A stretch of 64,000 nucleotides of DNA, from contig CAVUZH010000019.1 of assembly GCA_963745835.1 (NCBI GenBank), positions 256,001 to 320,000 of the forward strand, in the 5' to 3' direction. The notes beneath the pieces were generated by a model. The model saw nothing but the letters and a program-made list of their open reading frames with translations. It was not told where the DNA came from and ran no database searches. Positions 39,474 through 50,011 of this stretch are shown here, one piece after another (position 1 is the first letter of the stretch; each line of letters starts with the position of its first letter). The position numbers were made by a program, and so were the translations under genes. The stretch comes from an uncultured delta proteobacterium (GTDB lineage: Bacteria > Desulfobacterota > Binatia > UBA9968).

Positions 39474-41729
39474 ATGAAGGATCTCTATCTCATAAGCAGT
39501 GTACCGTGGTGGCTGGTTGCGCTGGTTGTTGCCGCCAGCATCGCTTTACTGGTCCAGCAGTTTCTCAGCTTGCGACGGCGCCTGAGCATCGGACAGAGCA
39601 TTTTTTTGGTCTCTCTGCGCGCCTGTGTTTATGGTCTGCTGATTTTCTTTCTTTTGAGCCCGGCGTTGGTGGAGAAGCAGGTCAGGCAACTGCGGCGACC
39701 GCTCACATTACTGATTGACGATTCTCAGAGCATGACATTTCCCGCCAACCCACGAGGCGCTCCGGAAAAGGCGCCGACCCGTCTCGATCTGGTCAAACAA
39801 AAATTGACCGAGGGAGAAGAACCTCTCATTCAGAAACTTAGCCGCGATTATGATTTAAAAATTTACCGGTTCGGCACGAGCCTGGAACCGATTGCACCGG
39901 AATCGGTGCCGCAGCTCAAAGCGCAAGACCAGGGGACCCAGTTGTTGGAACTGCTGCAAACCGCCGCCAAGGAAGCCGGTCCGCAGTCGGGAATTGTCAT
40001 CTTCAGCGACGGTATCGCCAATGGCGATAGGCAAAGCTTGGAAGGAAGCAGCGCGTTGCCGGTGCCGGTGTTTACCGTCGGTGCCGGCGACACCGACGGC
40101 TTCACCGACGTGCGCGTGACCGACCTCCGAACTCCTGAGTTCGCGTTTCGCGGGCGTGAATTCAAGTTCGACCTCACCGTGCGCGCATCCGGGATGAAAG
40201 GTAAGACCGTACCGCTTTATTTCAATCGCGGCAGCGGACTGATCACCAGCCGCACAGTCAGCATCGATGACGACGATTTCACGCGGAAGATCACATTGAA
40301 CTTCACTCCCAAGGATATCGGCCCGCATCATTTTTCATTGAACATCCCGGCCCAGCCCGGCGAGCAAATCAGCCAGAACAATCATAAGGACTTCAAGGTC
40401 GATGTTCAGCGCGACAAGATTCGCGTCCTCACTTTATCCGGCTCGCCGGCCTGGAACTATCGTTTTCTGCGTATGGCGATGAAGCAGGACCCGCTGATTG
40501 AACTGGTGTCCTTTGTCTTTTTGCGCACACCGACGGATAGCGTCGATGTGCCTGACTCGCGGCTGAGCTTGATCCCTTTTCCCATCGACGACATATTTCT
40601 CGAAGAACTGAAGAACTTCGACGTGGTTTTTTTCGACGACTTCTCTCATCGCGCTTATTTCAATCCTGTCTACCTGGATAAAGTAAAAGACTTCGTGCGC
40701 GACGGCGGCGGCCTGGCGATGCTCGGCGGCGTGCGCTCGTTCGATAGCGGCGGTTACGGCGAAAGCGCGCTCAAGGAAGTGCTCCCCGTCGAAATGGACG
40801 GCAAGGGACCCTATCGCAATGATAGCAGCGTGCCGCCGGCGTTAACCGCTTCGGGAAAAGCCCATCCGATTACGCGCCTGTTCCCCGATCCACGCGCTAA
40901 TGAAAGCGCATGGGCCAAGATACCGCCGCTTACCTCGATCAACCAGGTGCGCGCCGCGCGCGGTCAAGCCCTGCTGGTTGCCGGTGGCGAAAGCGCGGCT
41001 AAAGGAGCGCCCTTGCTGACGGTCGGCCGCTTCGGCAAAGGGCGCACCTTAGCGCTGATGAGCGATGACGTGTGGCGCTGGAACTTCATCGCGGTCGGCA
41101 ATCGAGAGTCGCCGCAGAATCATCTCAAGCTGATTCGCCAGTCTGTCCGTTGGCTGGCTCAAGAACCTTCCTTCGAGCAGGTAAAGATACAACCTATTCC
41201 GTTGGCTCGGCCGGGAGAAAAACTAGCTATCAAGCTGCGCGTCTTGAAGGATGATTTCACCCCGACCCGCCAGGCAGCGGTGCAGGTGCGCGTGTTCGGA
41301 CCTGATGGCGAGCCCAGCTTGATCACAGCCAAAGCTGACAGCGCCGAAGGCGAATATACCGGCGAATACACCCCTACAAGAGAAGGCTCTTACCGGGTTG
41401 AAGCAGAGGCTAACCTCGGCGGCAACCCTCTCGGAAAAGACCGCTCGAGCTTCTCCGCAGCGTTTCCCTACGGTGAAACCGACGATGGCAGGCCACGGAC
41501 CGAGCTCCTCCAGGCGATCGCCGAATCTAGTCAGGGATTTTACTTTCCGATTGCTGATTGGAATGAAAAGGCTCTCGAGCAAATAGCGGCAAAGCTCGAG
41601 CAGCACGCGCCATCGCAAATTGTTGAGCGCCGCCAGACGCAGCTTTGGAGTACGCTGTGGACTTTTTTACCGATCCTGCTGCTGCTTTGCGTCGAATGGT
41701 GGATGCGACGAAAATGGGGTCTGCTATAG
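39474..41729 (+). CDS. vWA + glutamine amidotransferase-like membrane protein
   Basis: DDSQSM, FSDG, FVRDGGGLAMLGG, EWWMRRKWGL end. Confidence 0.88.
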   Translation: MKDLYLISSVPWWLVALVVAASIALLVQQFLSLRRRLSIGQSIFLVSLRACVYGLLIFFLLSPALVEKQVRQLRRPLTLLIDDSQSMTFPANPRGAPEKAPTRLDLVKQKLTEGEEPLIQKLSRDYDLKIYRFGTSLEPIAPESVPQLKAQDQGTQLLELLQTAAKEAGPQSGIVIFSDGIANGDRQSLEGSSALPVPVFTVGAGDTDGFTDVRVTDLRTPEFAFRGREFKFDLTVRASGMKGKTVPLYFNRGSGLITSRTVSIDDDDFTRKITLNFTPKDIGPHHFSLNIPAQPGEQISQNNHKDFKVDVQRDKIRVLTLSGSPAWNYRFLRMAMKQDPLIELVSFVFLRTPTDSVDVPDSRLSLIPFPIDDIFLEELKNFDVVFFDDFSHRAYFNPVYLDKVKDFVRDGGGLAMLGGVRSFDSGGYGESALKEVLPVEMDGKGPYRNDSSVPPALTASGKAHPITRLFPDPRANESAWAKIPPLTSINQVRAARGQALLVAGGESAAKGAPLLTVGRFGKGRTLALMSDDVWRWNFIAVGNRESPQNHLKLIRQSVRWLAQEPSFEQVKIQPIPLARPGEKLAIKLRVLKDDFTPTRQAAVQVRVFGPDGEPSLITAKADSAEGEYTGEYTPTREGSYRVEAEANLGGNPLGKDRSSFSAAFPYGETDDGRPRTELLQAIAESSQGFYFPIADWNEKALEQIAAKLEQHAPSQIVERRQTQLWSTLWTFLPILLLLCVEWWMRRKWGLL

Positions 41730-41744
41730 GCTCATAGCTGCGCA

Positions 41745-42593
41745 ATGTCTAAGCATACCGCGGATAAGCGTTACCCGAAGAACACCAGGCGAGCGATGTC
41801 TACAGCGCAGTTGATGGAGTTCATTTTGCTCTTCATCGCGGCGACGGTAGCGTTACCCCAAGCTGTCCTGGCTTTCTGCCATGAAATGGAGGTGGTCTGG
41901 AGGCCCATCGTCAGAGTGGCGGCCACCAACTCCCGGCCGGTGGAAATCGAATGGTTCGGACATTCGACATTTCAGATTACCTCGAGCAAAGGCACCCGCA
42001 TTCTTGCCGATCCGCATTCGCGCAGTGATTTGCGCTGGCCAACCCTCGATCAACATGTTGTCACCACCAGTCATCAACATGGCGCGCACAACAATATCTA
42101 TATGGCCAAAGGCAACCCTATAATCTTCCAGGGCCTCACCCCCACCGGAGAAAACTGGAATCCGGTGCATGAGACTATCCGTGACGTTTCGGTTTACTCG
42201 GTTCCCGCCTATCACGACAAGAGCCAGGGCCTGCAACGCGGCAAAAACGCCATCTTCGTTTTTCGCGTCGATGACATTTGCATCGCTCATCTAGGCGATC
42301 TCGGTCACCTGCTGACGCCGCCGCAGCTTAAGCTATTGGGAAAAATAGATGTGCTGCTCGTCCCGGTGGCGGGTGGCATGTTTACCGTGACGCCCAGCGA
42401 AGCGATTGAAGTGACCAAACAGGTCAATCCGCGAATCGCAATTCCGGAGCATTACTGGTGGCAGGGAGCCGCCGACCGCTTCATTAGCGGCTTTCCGCGG
42501 GTTAAACATTCGCCCGGCCCGATTCTCAAAGTTTCCAAACCGGAGTTGCCCCAGCCGGTTGAGATAGTAGTGCTCTCGGAGAATGGACGGTGA
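41745..42593 (+). CDS. MBL-fold metallo-hydrolase
   Basis: WFGHSTF, SHQHGAH, AYHD, HLGDLG, IPEHY; true start may be downstream. Confidence 0.85.
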   Translation: MSKHTADKRYPKNTRRAMSTAQLMEFILLFIAATVALPQAVLAFCHEMEVVWRPIVRVAATNSRPVEIEWFGHSTFQITSSKGTRILADPHSRSDLRWPTLDQHVVTTSHQHGAHNNIYMAKGNPIIFQGLTPTGENWNPVHETIRDVSVYSVPAYHDKSQGLQRGKNAIFVFRVDDICIAHLGDLGHLLTPPQLKLLGKIDVLLVPVAGGMFTVTPSEAIEVTKQVNPRIAIPEHYWWQGAADRFISGFPRVKHSPGPILKVSKPELPQPVEIVVLSENGR

Positions 42594-42696
42594 GTTCGCG
42601 AGATCAAGAAAATTGAAAGGCTAACGCGCATCCTCGACGCAACGGCAAGCCTAAAACACACCCAAGCTGGCCCGAATTGTCTCTAGCATTGTTAGT

Positions 42697-43749
42697 CTAC
42701 CATTTCCGTGTTTCGCCGATGTTAAAGATCCAGGCTTGGTCCTCGTCCATGCCGCGGCGACGGACTTCGGCGAGCATTCGCCCAGGCGGCTCCTCAAGCG
42801 GCTCTTCGGCTAAATCGAATGTCCCCCAGTGAATTCCCAGCAGAATACGCGCGTTCAGATCGATGGACGTTCGTACCGCTTCCTCCGGCGTGGTGTGGAC
42901 GCTTTTCATAATCTCCGGCGGAACATACGCGCCGATAGCGACCGCTGCCAGATCGAATGGACCAAGCTTTCGGCCGATCTCATTGAAGCCGTCGAAATAG
43001 CCGGTGTCACCGCTGAAATACAGTCGCCGCTCAGGGCTCAACATCGCCCATGATGCCCACAGTCGCTCATTACCATCCCATAAGGTTCGTTGTGAGAAAT
43101 GCTGCGCCGGTAAGCAAACGAACTTGACGCCTTTATACTCGCGCTCCTGCCACCAATCGAGTTCCTCGACGTGGTTCATGCCGTTTTTCGCAAACCAAGC
43201 TTTCATACCCAACGGGACTAGAAAAAGCGGATTGTGGGTATCGGCAAGTCGTTTCACCGTGGTGAAGTCCAGATGATCGTAATGATCGTGCGATATGATC
43301 ACGACATGAATCGGCGGCAGGTCCTCGAAAGCTAAGCCGGGCGCGCTCAAGCGCCGCGGCCCGCCCCATGAGACCGGGCTAGCGCGTTCGCTCCACTGCG
43401 GGTCGGTGAGCGCATTGACGCCGTTCATCTGGACTAGCAGAGTCGCATGGCCGACCCAGGTGATGCTCGGGTTGATCAAGCCGGCTTGAAGGGCCTTGCC
43501 GTCGTTAGCCACCCGGGGAGCCTCGAAAGCCCGTGGTGACGTGTAACTCGCCCATAAACGACGCGCCATAAAACGCCAGCGGGTCAAGCGTGATGGCCGT
43601 TGGAAATCATCACCAGTATTCCGGAAGCCGCCGTTGACATGATGCGCAGGCTGGCCGGAGACTGACTGTTCCGTACTCACCCGGCCGCAAGCAGCTAGAC
43701 CCAGGAGCAAACTCAAAAGAAAAGCGGCGTGATGTCGATTACGACGCAT
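42697..43749 (-). CDS. MBL-fold hydrolase, NAPE-PLD/RomA-like lipoprotein
   Basis: SHDHYDHLD, PAQHFS, FSGDTGY, IHWGTF; lipobox LAAC. Confidence 0.9.
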   Translation of the reverse strand: MRRNRHHAAFLLSLLLGLAACGRVSTEQSVSGQPAHHVNGGFRNTGDDFQRPSRLTRWRFMARRLWASYTSPRAFEAPRVANDGKALQAGLINPSITWVGHATLLVQMNGVNALTDPQWSERASPVSWGGPRRLSAPGLAFEDLPPIHVVIISHDHYDHLDFTTVKRLADTHNPLFLVPLGMKAWFAKNGMNHVEELDWWQEREYKGVKFVCLPAQHFSQRTLWDGNERLWASWAMLSPERRLYFSGDTGYFDGFNEIGRKLGPFDLAAVAIGAYVPPEIMKSVHTTPEEAVRTSIDLNARILLGIHWGTFDLAEEPLEEPPGRMLAEVRRRGMDEDQAWIFNIGETRKW

Positions 43750-43917
43750 TTCTCTTTTGTCCAACAAATCGACTGCCGTGACAACCGTGATCCATGGATT
43801 CAGTCGTTCACAGGCGCCTCCCAACCAGATATGCGAGTCTATAAGGAACCCGACTGATCTGGAGCCGGGCAACGGCTGGCTTTGCGAGATTGGACGATTT
43901 TGTGATTGAACAGAGAC

Positions 43918-44268
43918 ATGGCGCAATTAAACGTTGACAAACTACCGGCAGGCCACGAGCTCGATGCTTTGACGGCCGAGCGGGTCTTTGGTTGGAAAGA
44001 TATCGAGCGGCGGGAACACCAACCTTGGGGCAAAAGAAAGGACAAAGGCGGCCGGTGGCGCCCGGCCCGAGTTCCGGATTACTCAACCGATCCTACCTAT
44101 GCCGACGATCTCGAACAGCGGATGAACGAGTTGGGTTTGTTGAAGCAGTATCTTAAAGAGCTTGCAAAAGCTTCCCGCGCCAAAGGCTTGCCCACCGACT
44201 GGGCGCCACCGGATCAACGTTGTCGCGCCGCGATCAGCGCGATTAAGCGCAAAAAAAAGTTGCGCTAA
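43918..44268 (+). CDS. Small protein resembling the phage ABA-sandwich family
   Basis: AGHELDALTAERVFGW, VPDYSTD, C-terminal CRAA. Confidence 0.6.
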   Translation: MAQLNVDKLPAGHELDALTAERVFGWKDIERREHQPWGKRKDKGGRWRPARVPDYSTDPTYADDLEQRMNELGLLKQYLKELAKASRAKGLPTDWAPPDQRCRAAISAIKRKKKLR

Positions 44269-44549
44269 TTACGCAACGGAGAGGTCACGGTAGTGACTTT
44301 GGCTGTGTGCGAACCCCGAACCAACACGTCCAGTAAAATCAACATGTACGACAGATGAGTCCTGCAACCTTCTCATGCTGCGACGGTGCGGCGTATGAAC
44401 GCGAGCGCCGAGTTCCTCTATTTAGGTTTTTATTTAGGTGTCTTAACCATGAGTCGGGCCGGTGCTTGCTCGCTTCAATCCTAACGAAATATTTCGATCA
44501 ACACATTCTTGCTGTAGAAGAGCTTGCAAGGTAATGTACCGACTATTTT

Positions 44550-45902
44550 ATGGCAGCTCTAAACGTGGCTTCGGCGACTCTGGCGGTTTTTCTGTCATCA
44601 GCTGCTTTTGTGGCACTCAAACCTTCTGGCTATCAAGGGCGGCAGGCTCCTCGTGCGCCCCACGCTTCAGTCCACGTGCAGCGCGGCGACAGAGTTCAGA
44701 AGGATTACGATAATTATACTAAACGTCTCCACGCTTATTACGAATCGCTTGTGGATGCTTTACAGAGCGGCGCCCCTGCGCTGCTTCCAATTGTCGAGCC
44801 ACCCAATCCGTTGCAGCACGGCTATCAGATTTTACCGAACATCGTTGCCGACCCAGCGTCATCGACGCGACCCGCCCGCGCGCGATCAGCGCAGTACAGT
44901 TGGCCTTGGACGGATCATTTGATCGACAGGGCATCGAGTGAGGTAGGCCGATCCGCGCACGACTTGAAGCGCGCCTCATCGCTTGAGCCGAAAATGCGGC
45001 AGATCGCTTACCAACAGCTTGCAGCGCGATATCGGCAGATCCGCCAGCAGCAGCAAAATATCGATGCCCATATCCAGTATAATCGGCTATGGCAAGAAGC
45101 GATCGCTGCAAATCGATCAAAATACGATAGGGAGAGCGTGCTTCATGATCGGGTGCTGGAGCGTCAGGAGGTTGTCGAAGTTTTCAATGCTAGGTACGCT
45201 GCTGCCCTAACGAGCGCGCATGGAACAACCAAACAGGTGGTTGTGGCGAATTTAAACAAATTAAGCAGCGGTTTAACGGAGAAGGCAAATCTGCTGGGCC
45301 GCGAGATCGATGCAGCTAGAGATCTTTCTTTTGATACCCCGGGCTATGTTCGCGTCGAGCAGCAAATTAGTAATTGGATCATCCACGTACCGTTTTACAC
45401 CGATATTCAAGATAACGCGTTTGTACAATCCGCCAAGACAGCGATAGAAGACATTTGGCACCTGCGCAGCGGCAAAGACGACTTCAGTATCCAGCTTCAT
45501 TTTTCCTATGTATCTCCTGAACATCTTTACGGCACCGATAAATTACCACGTAGCGGGCAGCGCGTGAATATCCAGAAGCATGTTGAACAATTTCCCGCAG
45601 ACGGCGCGGTCCTTACAACCGGCGCGAGAACGACTCATGTAGATGGGCGAGCGATTATTCTAGGCCCGCATGATATTACCAAACGTGTTTTGGCGCACGA
45701 GTTTGGTCATATCCTCGGGTTTAGAGACGCTTACTTTCGCGGCTATAAAGATCTTGGTGAAGATGGATTGCAGGTGATGGAAATCGTCGCCAATTCTAAT
45801 GACATAATGGGCGACCCCGCCACAGGAGAGGTCTTGCGTCGGCATTATGAAAGGCTCACTTCAGACGCGACCAGGAACCGTCCAGATCCTGGCTGTTTTT
45901 GA
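44550..45902 (+). CDS. Secreted/membrane protein with C-terminal metzincin-like Zn peptidase motif
   Basis: LAHEFGHILGFRD, Met-turn DIMG; N-terminal hydrophobic segment and coiled coil. Confidence 0.72.
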   Translation: MAALNVASATLAVFLSSAAFVALKPSGYQGRQAPRAPHASVHVQRGDRVQKDYDNYTKRLHAYYESLVDALQSGAPALLPIVEPPNPLQHGYQILPNIVADPASSTRPARARSAQYSWPWTDHLIDRASSEVGRSAHDLKRASSLEPKMRQIAYQQLAARYRQIRQQQQNIDAHIQYNRLWQEAIAANRSKYDRESVLHDRVLERQEVVEVFNARYAAALTSAHGTTKQVVVANLNKLSSGLTEKANLLGREIDAARDLSFDTPGYVRVEQQISNWIIHVPFYTDIQDNAFVQSAKTAIEDIWHLRSGKDDFSIQLHFSYVSPEHLYGTDKLPRSGQRVNIQKHVEQFPADGAVLTTGARTTHVDGRAIILGPHDITKRVLAHEFGHILGFRDAYFRGYKDLGEDGLQVMEIVANSNDIMGDPATGEVLRRHYERLTSDATRNRPDPGCF

Positions 45903-46004
45903 TTCGAAAATGGACGTCGAAGATAAGCGAATAACAACATGACCAACTCAAAGTTTGACGGATCTCGATCCAACGAGATCCGTCAAACTGAAAGCTCCGC
46001 AAAA

Positions 46005-46394
46005 TCACACCTCACGACTTCCGCTACGAGACGCAGCTACAATAGCAACAACCACAATTGCAAACACACCTAAGCCAACGAAGAGCGCAACGGTCGAGTC
46101 CATTCCCAAGAATCCGCCGCTAGATGAACCCGCAGGCCCGGATGGTCCTTGAGGACCAGGCGCGCCAGCAGGACCCTGGGGACCCGGTGCTCCTCTTTCA
46201 CCTTCGCTAGGCTGTGGAACCCGGCTTCGATTTTCTTTGTCTCCTTGAATTCGCACATCAAAGTTCGTATCGCCGGCGCGACCTTCTACTTTCGCTCCCT
46301 CATTCTTACGCTGCGAATCCTGGGCTGACACATAGCTAGCCCCCGACACAGATAGAACGAATAGAGATAAAATCGCCATCAGATATTTTTTCAT
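46005..46394 (-). CDS. Small collagen-like membrane-anchored protein
   Basis: Signal peptide, nine G-X-Y triplets, C-terminal TM; RBS GGAGG. Confidence 0.82.
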   Translation of the reverse strand: MKKYLMAILSLFVLSVSGASYVSAQDSQRKNEGAKVEGRAGDTNFDVRIQGDKENRSRVPQPSEGERGAPGPQGPAGAPGPQGPSGPAGSSSGGFLGMDSTVALFVGLGVFAIVVVAIVAASRSGSREV

Positions 46395-46492
46395 TTCTCA
46401 CCTCCTCTTTGTATCTTATACCCATTGCTGAAAACAACAGTTACAACTGCCCGGAGTATAAGGCAGCTGCAAAGAGCATGTGGACAGGTGCA

Positions 46493-46507
46493 GCCAAACT
46501 CATGCCA
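46493..46507 (-). promoter_or_regulatory. Candidate sigma54 promoter
   Basis: TGGCATGAGTTTGGC (GG-N10-GC), about 100 nt upstream of 46394. Confidence 0.4.
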
Positions 46508-46834
46508 ACTGAAAATCATAGGGATGTGAGATCGCGAAGCCCGCAAACAAATCAACGTCCCAAACGTAAGACGACGACATCATGTAGCGGGAGTTAAGTG
46601 TCACTGATACTTGTAATCCAGCGAATAGCAGAATACTTATGCCGCCCCAATCAAGGCGAGCCGGGCAGTGTTTCATTGATGGTTCGACCCGTCTCACGTT
46701 TGGAACGGGATAGTGCCGTAGGCGGCTTCAAAATTAGGATTTCTTGGGCTTATACGCGTTATGTTTTTTGTGGCGAGAATATTGCTGAAGGCTCGATCCA
46801 CGAGGAACGGATTGACCACAGGATTGAGGCCGCA

Positions 46835-46981
46835 ATGATCACAACCGAATTAGGAGTTATTCTAGCAAGGCTATTCTATGGCGGGCTTCTCGCAATTTGT
46901 ATCTTTTTACTCGGGCAGTTGCTGCCACTCGTTTATGTGTTCGTATCGGGGAGCACTCTAGAGAAGCCTTTGCTCTTCTAG
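46835..46981 (+). CDS. Possible small membrane protein (48 aa)
   Basis: GAGG RBS; hydrophobic MITTELGVILARLFYGGLLAICIFLLGQLL. Confidence 0.3.
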   Translation: MITTELGVILARLFYGGLLAICIFLLGQLLPLVYVFVSGSTLEKPLLF

Positions 46982-47943
46982 CGAAGTTCTTTACCGAAAA
47001 ATTTTTCGAAGAATTTCTCTTCAGCAAGCTGATCAACAATGCTGTTGTCGATGACTCTCGACGCGAGAGCATCGGCAGTAACGCCTTTCACTTGGTCGAA
47101 TTCCAACAAGACTGGAATCGCCCGCGAATCGAAGCGCGGAATACGCTCGGTATAGGTTTTTACCAAGGAGTAAGTTTCATCGAGAAAGGCAGGATCCGAT
47201 CGTCGCAAGTACTTGGCCAGAATGTTCACCGCTCGTTCCTTGTCCTGAACCATCATAGCTACACCTTCAACGTATGCGCGTAGAAGCCGTTCCAGGGTTT
47301 CTCGATTGCTTTGAAGAAAGCTTTGCGTCACTCCGATGATACTCATCGGATATGGGATGTCCAAATCAGCGGCATTAACTAGGGGCCGAGCGGTTATCCG
47401 CGGTTTTATGGTAGTAAGCATGCCGGCGATCATCTTCTGCTCGAACGCCGCTTGTACCGCGGGCGTCTCGCCCAGGGGTCTCAACGTAACGCTTTTTTCC
47501 AATCCGAATTTCCGGAGCACCAGTGTGGATAAAGCGTGGGTCGAGGAACCGTAACGCGTAATGCCTAAGACCTGATTTCTCAATTGATCAGGTTTGGTGA
47601 TGTCGGGTTGCACGTAAAGTGTTACAGGCGGACGGTTCATTTGCGATGCGATAGCAACGAGTGGCGCGCCGCGCGCTGCGGCGCTCACGATGCCGCTGCT
47701 GCCTGCAACCATGACGTCGATGCTGCCGCCAAGCAGAGCCTGAACATTCGTACCGCTCGAAGGAATATAAACAAACTGAACGTCCAGACCGTATTTTTTA
47801 AACGCACCGCTTCCTTCCGCCATCCAGATGCCGGCAATGTTTGCCGCAATGGCCGCATAAGAAATCCGTAAAGGCGCCGCTGCCGCTCGCCCTGCACCAG
47901 TCAGGAACAAAATCGCTAATAAGGCTGCTGCCATTCTTCTCAT
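46978..47943 (-). CDS. ABC transporter substrate-binding protein, NMT1/TauA-like
   Basis: Signal peptide, GAFKKYGLDV, ITRYGSSTH. Confidence 0.88.
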   Translation of the reverse strand: MRRMAAALLAILFLTGAGRAAAAPLRISYAAIAANIAGIWMAEGSGAFKKYGLDVQFVYIPSSGTNVQALLGGSIDVMVAGSSGIVSAAARGAPLVAIASQMNRPPVTLYVQPDITKPDQLRNQVLGITRYGSSTHALSTLVLRKFGLEKSVTLRPLGETPAVQAAFEQKMIAGMLTTIKPRITARPLVNAADLDIPYPMSIIGVTQSFLQSNRETLERLLRAYVEGVAMMVQDKERAVNILAKYLRRSDPAFLDETYSLVKTYTERIPRFDSRAIPVLLEFDQVKGVTADALASRVIDNSIVDQLAEEKFFEKFFGKELR

Positions 47944-47977
47944 GTCAATTTGCTTTCATCCGTTCTTCCGAATGCGA

Positions 47978-48820
47978 CTATACATCCCAACCTTCTTCAG
48001 AAAGATCGATTTCGTTTCCGTCCGGATCCTTCAAATAGACAGCTTTGTACGGGCTGCTCGCCGGACGTTCACGGAGTTCTATAGAAGTCTCACCGGGATA
48101 AAGAAACTCGGCTGATTGCTGCAAGCGTTCGCCAATTTCTTTGATATTCTCAACTTTAATGCCGAGCAACTGCACGCCGCGTTTTGCGATCGGCGAGTTC
48201 TTAACCAGCGCCATATTCATCATTCCATCCGAAAGGTAAACTGCAGTCATGCCGGTGTCTTTGGTTTCGACCCTTCCTATGGGCTTCATGTCCAGCGCAA
48301 ATCGGTAAAACTCCGCCAGGTGATCGGGATCCGCAGCGCCAAAGGCGACGTGGCGTGCCGCTGCCGATTTCTTCTCCGGTCCTGGATCCCAAACTCGTTG
48401 GCTCAGCTCGATGTCATTGACCTCCGGATCCAAAAATCGTTGATCTTCATAACGCCCGTCTGACGGGCTCGCCACTGGCGTAATGGCCGGTTTGAGGCTG
48501 GCGAGCTTTCGGTTCGTTTCAGCAAGATCATCGACCTGGAAACCGATATGATTGATGCCTACTTCGGGAAGAATGACTTTTCCTTCCACAACCACGCCGG
48601 CGCCGCGACTATGGCCAAGATTTGAAGATTGTTTTTCCCGGGCGCCCCCCTGGCGAATCTGCAGACAATTTAAATTAAAATAGCCATCGCCAATGTAATA
48701 CGCGAAAGGACTGTTTTGCACTGGGTTCCAAACTTCATTCCAACCAAAAACGATTCTATAGAACCGGGCCAACCGCCGGTTATTCTTCGTGCACATAGCC
48801 ATGTGCGTTATTCTACCCAT
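47978..48820 (-). CDS. VOC (glyoxalase-like) protein, two domains
   Basis: ITHMAM, GINHIGFQVDD, DPEVNDIEL, KDPDGNEIDL. Confidence 0.88.
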   Translation of the reverse strand: MGRITHMAMCTKNNRRLARFYRIVFGWNEVWNPVQNSPFAYYIGDGYFNLNCLQIRQGGAREKQSSNLGHSRGAGVVVEGKVILPEVGINHIGFQVDDLAETNRKLASLKPAITPVASPSDGRYEDQRFLDPEVNDIELSQRVWDPGPEKKSAAARHVAFGAADPDHLAEFYRFALDMKPIGRVETKDTGMTAVYLSDGMMNMALVKNSPIAKRGVQLLGIKVENIKEIGERLQQSAEFLYPGETSIELRERPASSPYKAVYLKDPDGNEIDLSEEGWDV

Positions 48821-48915
48821 GATTAATCCTCCTGATTTGTAGCACTTCGATACTTACGGGCTTACGTGACTGTTAGACCCGAAGCTCACACATACGGCGG
48901 TAGCGTCGACAACAT

Positions 48916-49887
48916 CTAGAACTTGCCGTCGGTTTTCAATTCTCTCATGAGGCTCCAGTCGACTACCCGACTGAGAGGAATATCTTTTGTTATCTTAAGC
49001 CGTTCCTTGGTTAGCTCCAGATTAAGACCAAGCCCTTTATCGGAGATCATGCCGTCGTCGGTAAAAGACTGGATTGAGACATCATAGGCGCGGCCCGCTT
49101 GCTCCGGTGTAATACCGAGAAAGTCAGCCATCATCTTGACGGTTTCCTGACGGTTATCTTTCATGAACCGAGTTCCTCTGAGCACCGCCCGGAGCACCTT
49201 TTTCACCTGAGCTCGATCCGTGGCCAATTTCTTTTCTAATACCGCGACGCCGGAGATCGGAAGATCGACGATCTCGGCTAAGTTGACGAGGCGCTTCAAT
49301 CCTTCTTCTTCTGCCTTAACCGCAAATGCGATGTCGATCGGTGTAGCGTCAATGAGGTTTCCTTTCAGAGCGGCGACGCGATTGGGACTCGAGCCGGTTA
49401 CGAGCACCTTGATATCGCGATTAGGATCGAGCCCATAGTGCTTAGCCGCCACGCGGGCGAGGTATTCCATCGTTCCGGCAAATGAGTCGACGCCGATCCT
49501 TTTGTCCTTGAGATCTTTACCGGATTGGATTTCCGGCCGAGCCATAAGGACGTGGAGCGGTCGGGCGGCAATGCCGGCGACCACTCGCAACGGAACTCCG
49601 GTGATGGCGGCGCGAAGGGCCGATCCCCACGAGAGAGAATAATCGACGTCGCCGGCGACAAGCGCCATCACCGCGACCTGAGGCTGCATTTGCACTTTAA
49701 CAATCTCGAGCCCTTCATCTCTGAAAAATCCGCGCACGGTCGAGATCTGGATGGGAAACTCGAACAAGCCCGGGCTGAGGCTGGCCATCACCACACGCTC
49801 AGCGGCTGAGGCGGACGTAAATGACAGGAAGGAGAACAGAACGGCTCGAATGCAGATTCGAGATATTTGGATTTGCATAGCGATCAT
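48916..49887 (-). CDS. ABC transporter substrate-binding protein, NMT1/TauA-like
   Basis: Signal peptide, GFFRDEGLE, DLKDKRIGV. Confidence 0.88.
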   Translation of the reverse strand: MIAMQIQISRICIRAVLFSFLSFTSASAAERVVMASLSPGLFEFPIQISTVRGFFRDEGLEIVKVQMQPQVAVMALVAGDVDYSLSWGSALRAAITGVPLRVVAGIAARPLHVLMARPEIQSGKDLKDKRIGVDSFAGTMEYLARVAAKHYGLDPNRDIKVLVTGSSPNRVAALKGNLIDATPIDIAFAVKAEEEGLKRLVNLAEIVDLPISGVAVLEKKLATDRAQVKKVLRAVLRGTRFMKDNRQETVKMMADFLGITPEQAGRAYDVSIQSFTDDGMISDKGLGLNLELTKERLKITKDIPLSRVVDWSLMRELKTDGKF

Positions 49888-50011
49888 TGGGTGCGCCTTG
49901 CCGCGAGTATAAGTAAATCAAGCTCCGTACGTCGCCTATTGCCTATATCTTACTTTTTTCCCCGTGTCTCCCTTTGACACACGGCATCTGCGCGGTATAG
50001 AGATCCGGCCT

